From IMG/VR virus record IMGVR_UViG_3300036828_000401: a DNA stretch of 12,202 bases; one strand, given 5' to 3'. Below are positions 10,482-12,202 of the stretch, in pieces. The DNA comes from a virus. The position numbers were made by a program, and so were the translations under genes. The notes under the pieces were generated by a model, which was not told where the DNA came from, did not search any database, and was given only the letters and a program-made list of their open reading frames with translations. How positions within the stretch are numbered: the stretch's first letter is position 1; each line of letters opens with the position of its first letter.

Positions 10482-12120
10482 ACTGAAGGACGCGTTACTC
10501 AGGCATCGCAGTTGTGAGTCTCACCCGCCGCTGCGGCGCAGCCACGACGCCGAAGAGGCGGCGCTGTTTGCCGAATCGTTTCAGTATTGTTCCGCCGGCG
10601 CGCGGCGCGAGCACTTGCGTTGGATGGCGCGCAACGACCTGTTTTATCTCGGCGTCTACATCCTGCATCGCATCCACTGGATCGGCATGGGTTCGGAGCA
10701 GCGAGGCTTCCCACCCGAACACAAGAGCAAGATTGCCAAGTGGTACCATGCGCGCTGCTGGGATGTGCAGGAGAACCCGAACAATCACCTCGACGTGTGG
10801 GCTCGTGAGCACGGTAAGTCGGAGATCCTGAGTTTCGCGTTGGTCATTCAGGACATCCTCAACGATCCCAACAACACCATCGGGCTTTTCTCTCACACCA
10901 GTCCGCTGGCCAAACAGTTCTTGCGCTTGATCAAAACGGAGCTGGAGATCAACGAGGAGCTGAAGGATCTGTTCCCTGAGATCCTCTACTCCGAACCTCG
11001 GCGGCAGAGTCCCAAGTGGTCGGAGAACGAGGGCATCACCGTCAAGCGCCGCACCAATCGTAAGGAATGCACCGTCGAGGCGTGGGGGCTGATTGACGGC
11101 CAACCGACCAGCAAGCGCTTCACCATCCTGCATTACGACGACGTGGTGTCGCGGGACCAGACCTCCGAGTACATGACTGCGAACACCAAGCAGGAGCTGG
11201 AGAACAGCTTCGCGCTGACTGCTTCTGATCCCATGATCATTCGCATCATCGGTACCCCGCAGGAAATCGGCGACGTCATCTGCCAGCTCATGGACGAGAA
11301 GAAGTTCCCGCTGCGCTTCCATCCGGCTGCCGACGAGAAGGGTCAGCCGGTGTTCTTCTCCGAGAACAAGCTGGCCGACTTCAAGGACAAGATGTCCCCG
11401 AAGGTCTTCGCACTCCAGTTTCTGCTGGACCCGAAGGCGGCACAGGACGCGCACGCCATTGGGTTCCTGTCGGAGTGGTGGCTGACCTATCAGGGTGACT
11501 TCAGCCTCAACAATCTCAATCTGTACATTCTGGTGGACCCCGCCGGCCGTGGTCCGGAGTACAACTCACAGTACGCGCTGTGGGTGGTGGGCTGCGGTGC
11601 GGATCGCAAGTGGCGAATCATTGACGGCGTGCTCGATAACCTCGACCTGGCGCAGCGTACTGAGGTCTTGTTCGAGATGATGCGTAAGTACCCGCGCGTG
11701 CTGAAAGTCATCTACGAGCAGCAGTCTCTGCAGGCGGACATCGAGCACATCCGCGACATTCAGAACCGGGAGAATTTCATCTTCGCCATTCAGGCCGCGA
11801 CTGGCATCCGTAACAAGGATGCCCGCATCGAGCGCCTGATTCCGAAATACCGGCATGGCGATGTGCTGGCCCCGGAACGGTTGATGTATCACACCAAGGC
11901 CGGCGTGAACCTCGATATCATCAGGCACTTTCGCGATGTCGAGTACGCCAAGTGGCCATTCAATCCGAGTTACCGGGATCAGCTTGATGCGCTCGCGCGT
12001 ATTTGCGATGAAGCGGAGTGCAACTTCGTCTATCCGGTTGCGTATGGGCAAGGACGGGTGGAAGGCCAGCATTGGAATCAGGATGGTGCGACCAGCACCG
12101 GGAGTTGGTTGAGTGAATGA
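10462..12120 (+). CDS. terL: Terminase large subunit, 552 aa
   Basis: Track ORF 10381..12120, trimmed to ATG 10462 behind GGTGGAAGAGG. It shows a Walker A-like WAREHGKS, a Walker B-like FTILHYDDVV, and nuclease-domain-like YILVDPAG and DQLDALA. Confidence 0.9.
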   Translation: MASQLRELKDALLRHRSCESHPPLRRSHDAEEAALFAESFQYCSAGARREHLRWMARNDLFYLGVYILHRIHWIGMGSEQRGFPPEHKSKIAKWYHARCWDVQENPNNHLDVWAREHGKSEILSFALVIQDILNDPNNTIGLFSHTSPLAKQFLRLIKTELEINEELKDLFPEILYSEPRRQSPKWSENEGITVKRRTNRKECTVEAWGLIDGQPTSKRFTILHYDDVVSRDQTSEYMTANTKQELENSFALTASDPMIIRIIGTPQEIGDVICQLMDEKKFPLRFHPAADEKGQPVFFSENKLADFKDKMSPKVFALQFLLDPKAAQDAHAIGFLSEWWLTYQGDFSLNNLNLYILVDPAGRGPEYNSQYALWVVGCGADRKWRIIDGVLDNLDLAQRTEVLFEMMRKYPRVLKVIYEQQSLQADIEHIRDIQNRENFIFAIQAATGIRNKDARIERLIPKYRHGDVLAPERLMYHTKAGVNLDIIRHFRDVEYAKWPFNPSYRDQLDALARICDEAECNFVYPVAYGQGRVEGQHWNQDGATSTGSWLSE

Positions 12121-12202
12121 AGAAGGTAGCTTTGGTAATCACCCTTGCATGGGTGCTGTGTTTGCTGGTTGTGATGCCGGCGTCGGCGAAGCACCACAAG
12201 AA
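12117..12202 (+). CDS. Signal-peptide protein (partial, continues past the right edge)
   Basis: Not in the track. Its ATG 12117 overlaps the terminase stop as ATGA. It begins MKKVALVITLAWVLCLLVVMPASAKHHK, which has a basic N-terminus, a hydrophobic core and an AxA-type site. Confidence 0.5.
   Translation, partial: MKKVALVITLAWVLCLLVVMPASAKHHK

Noticed and set aside
10495-12199. Long antisense ORFs 10495..11454 (319 aa), 11566..12072 (168 aa) and others inside the terminase gene
   Set aside because: The plus frame carries unmistakable terminase motifs. The antisense frames are typical GC-rich shadows.

Overview
The window reads as a dsDNA phage or prophage segment with two divergently transcribed arms. 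They meet in an ORF-free region of about 580 bp (3492-4077).

LEFT ARM (1-3491, all minus strand). GC is lower here: sampled lines hand-count to roughly 42-55%. It holds ten tightly packed cistrons:
- a partial SprT-like HExxH protein that is missing from the ORF track;
- a 271-aa Cys-cluster protein;
- two Zn-ribbon proteins;
- three hypothetical proteins;
- three micro-ORFs.
Nine of the ten cistrons start directly behind the same cassette, GGAGACAGGCACAATG. The arm also carries three gap-free copies of a promoter-like unit of about 43 nt (TGAATAACC-AAGCGCTT-N18-GGAGACAG) and a leader-mimic / anti-leader hairpin. CGATCG occurs 16 times here against 2 times in the remaining 8.8 kb.

RIGHT ARM (4078-12202, all plus strand). 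GC is higher: sampled lines hand-count to about 55-68%. Small genes are chained by ATGA/GTGA overlaps. It contains:
- a protein resembling the DIP1984 family, with a TTG start;
- several unlisted transmembrane micro-ORFs;
- an ORF-free stretch of about 460 nt;
- tRNA-Gly(UCC);
- a 204-aa Pro/Trp-rich repeat protein;
- an HNH endonuclease;
- a putative small terminase and a large terminase;
- the start of a signal-peptide protein.

I saw no CRISPR array, rRNA, integrase or transposase. All family names come from motif recognition by eye. No database search or computation was run.
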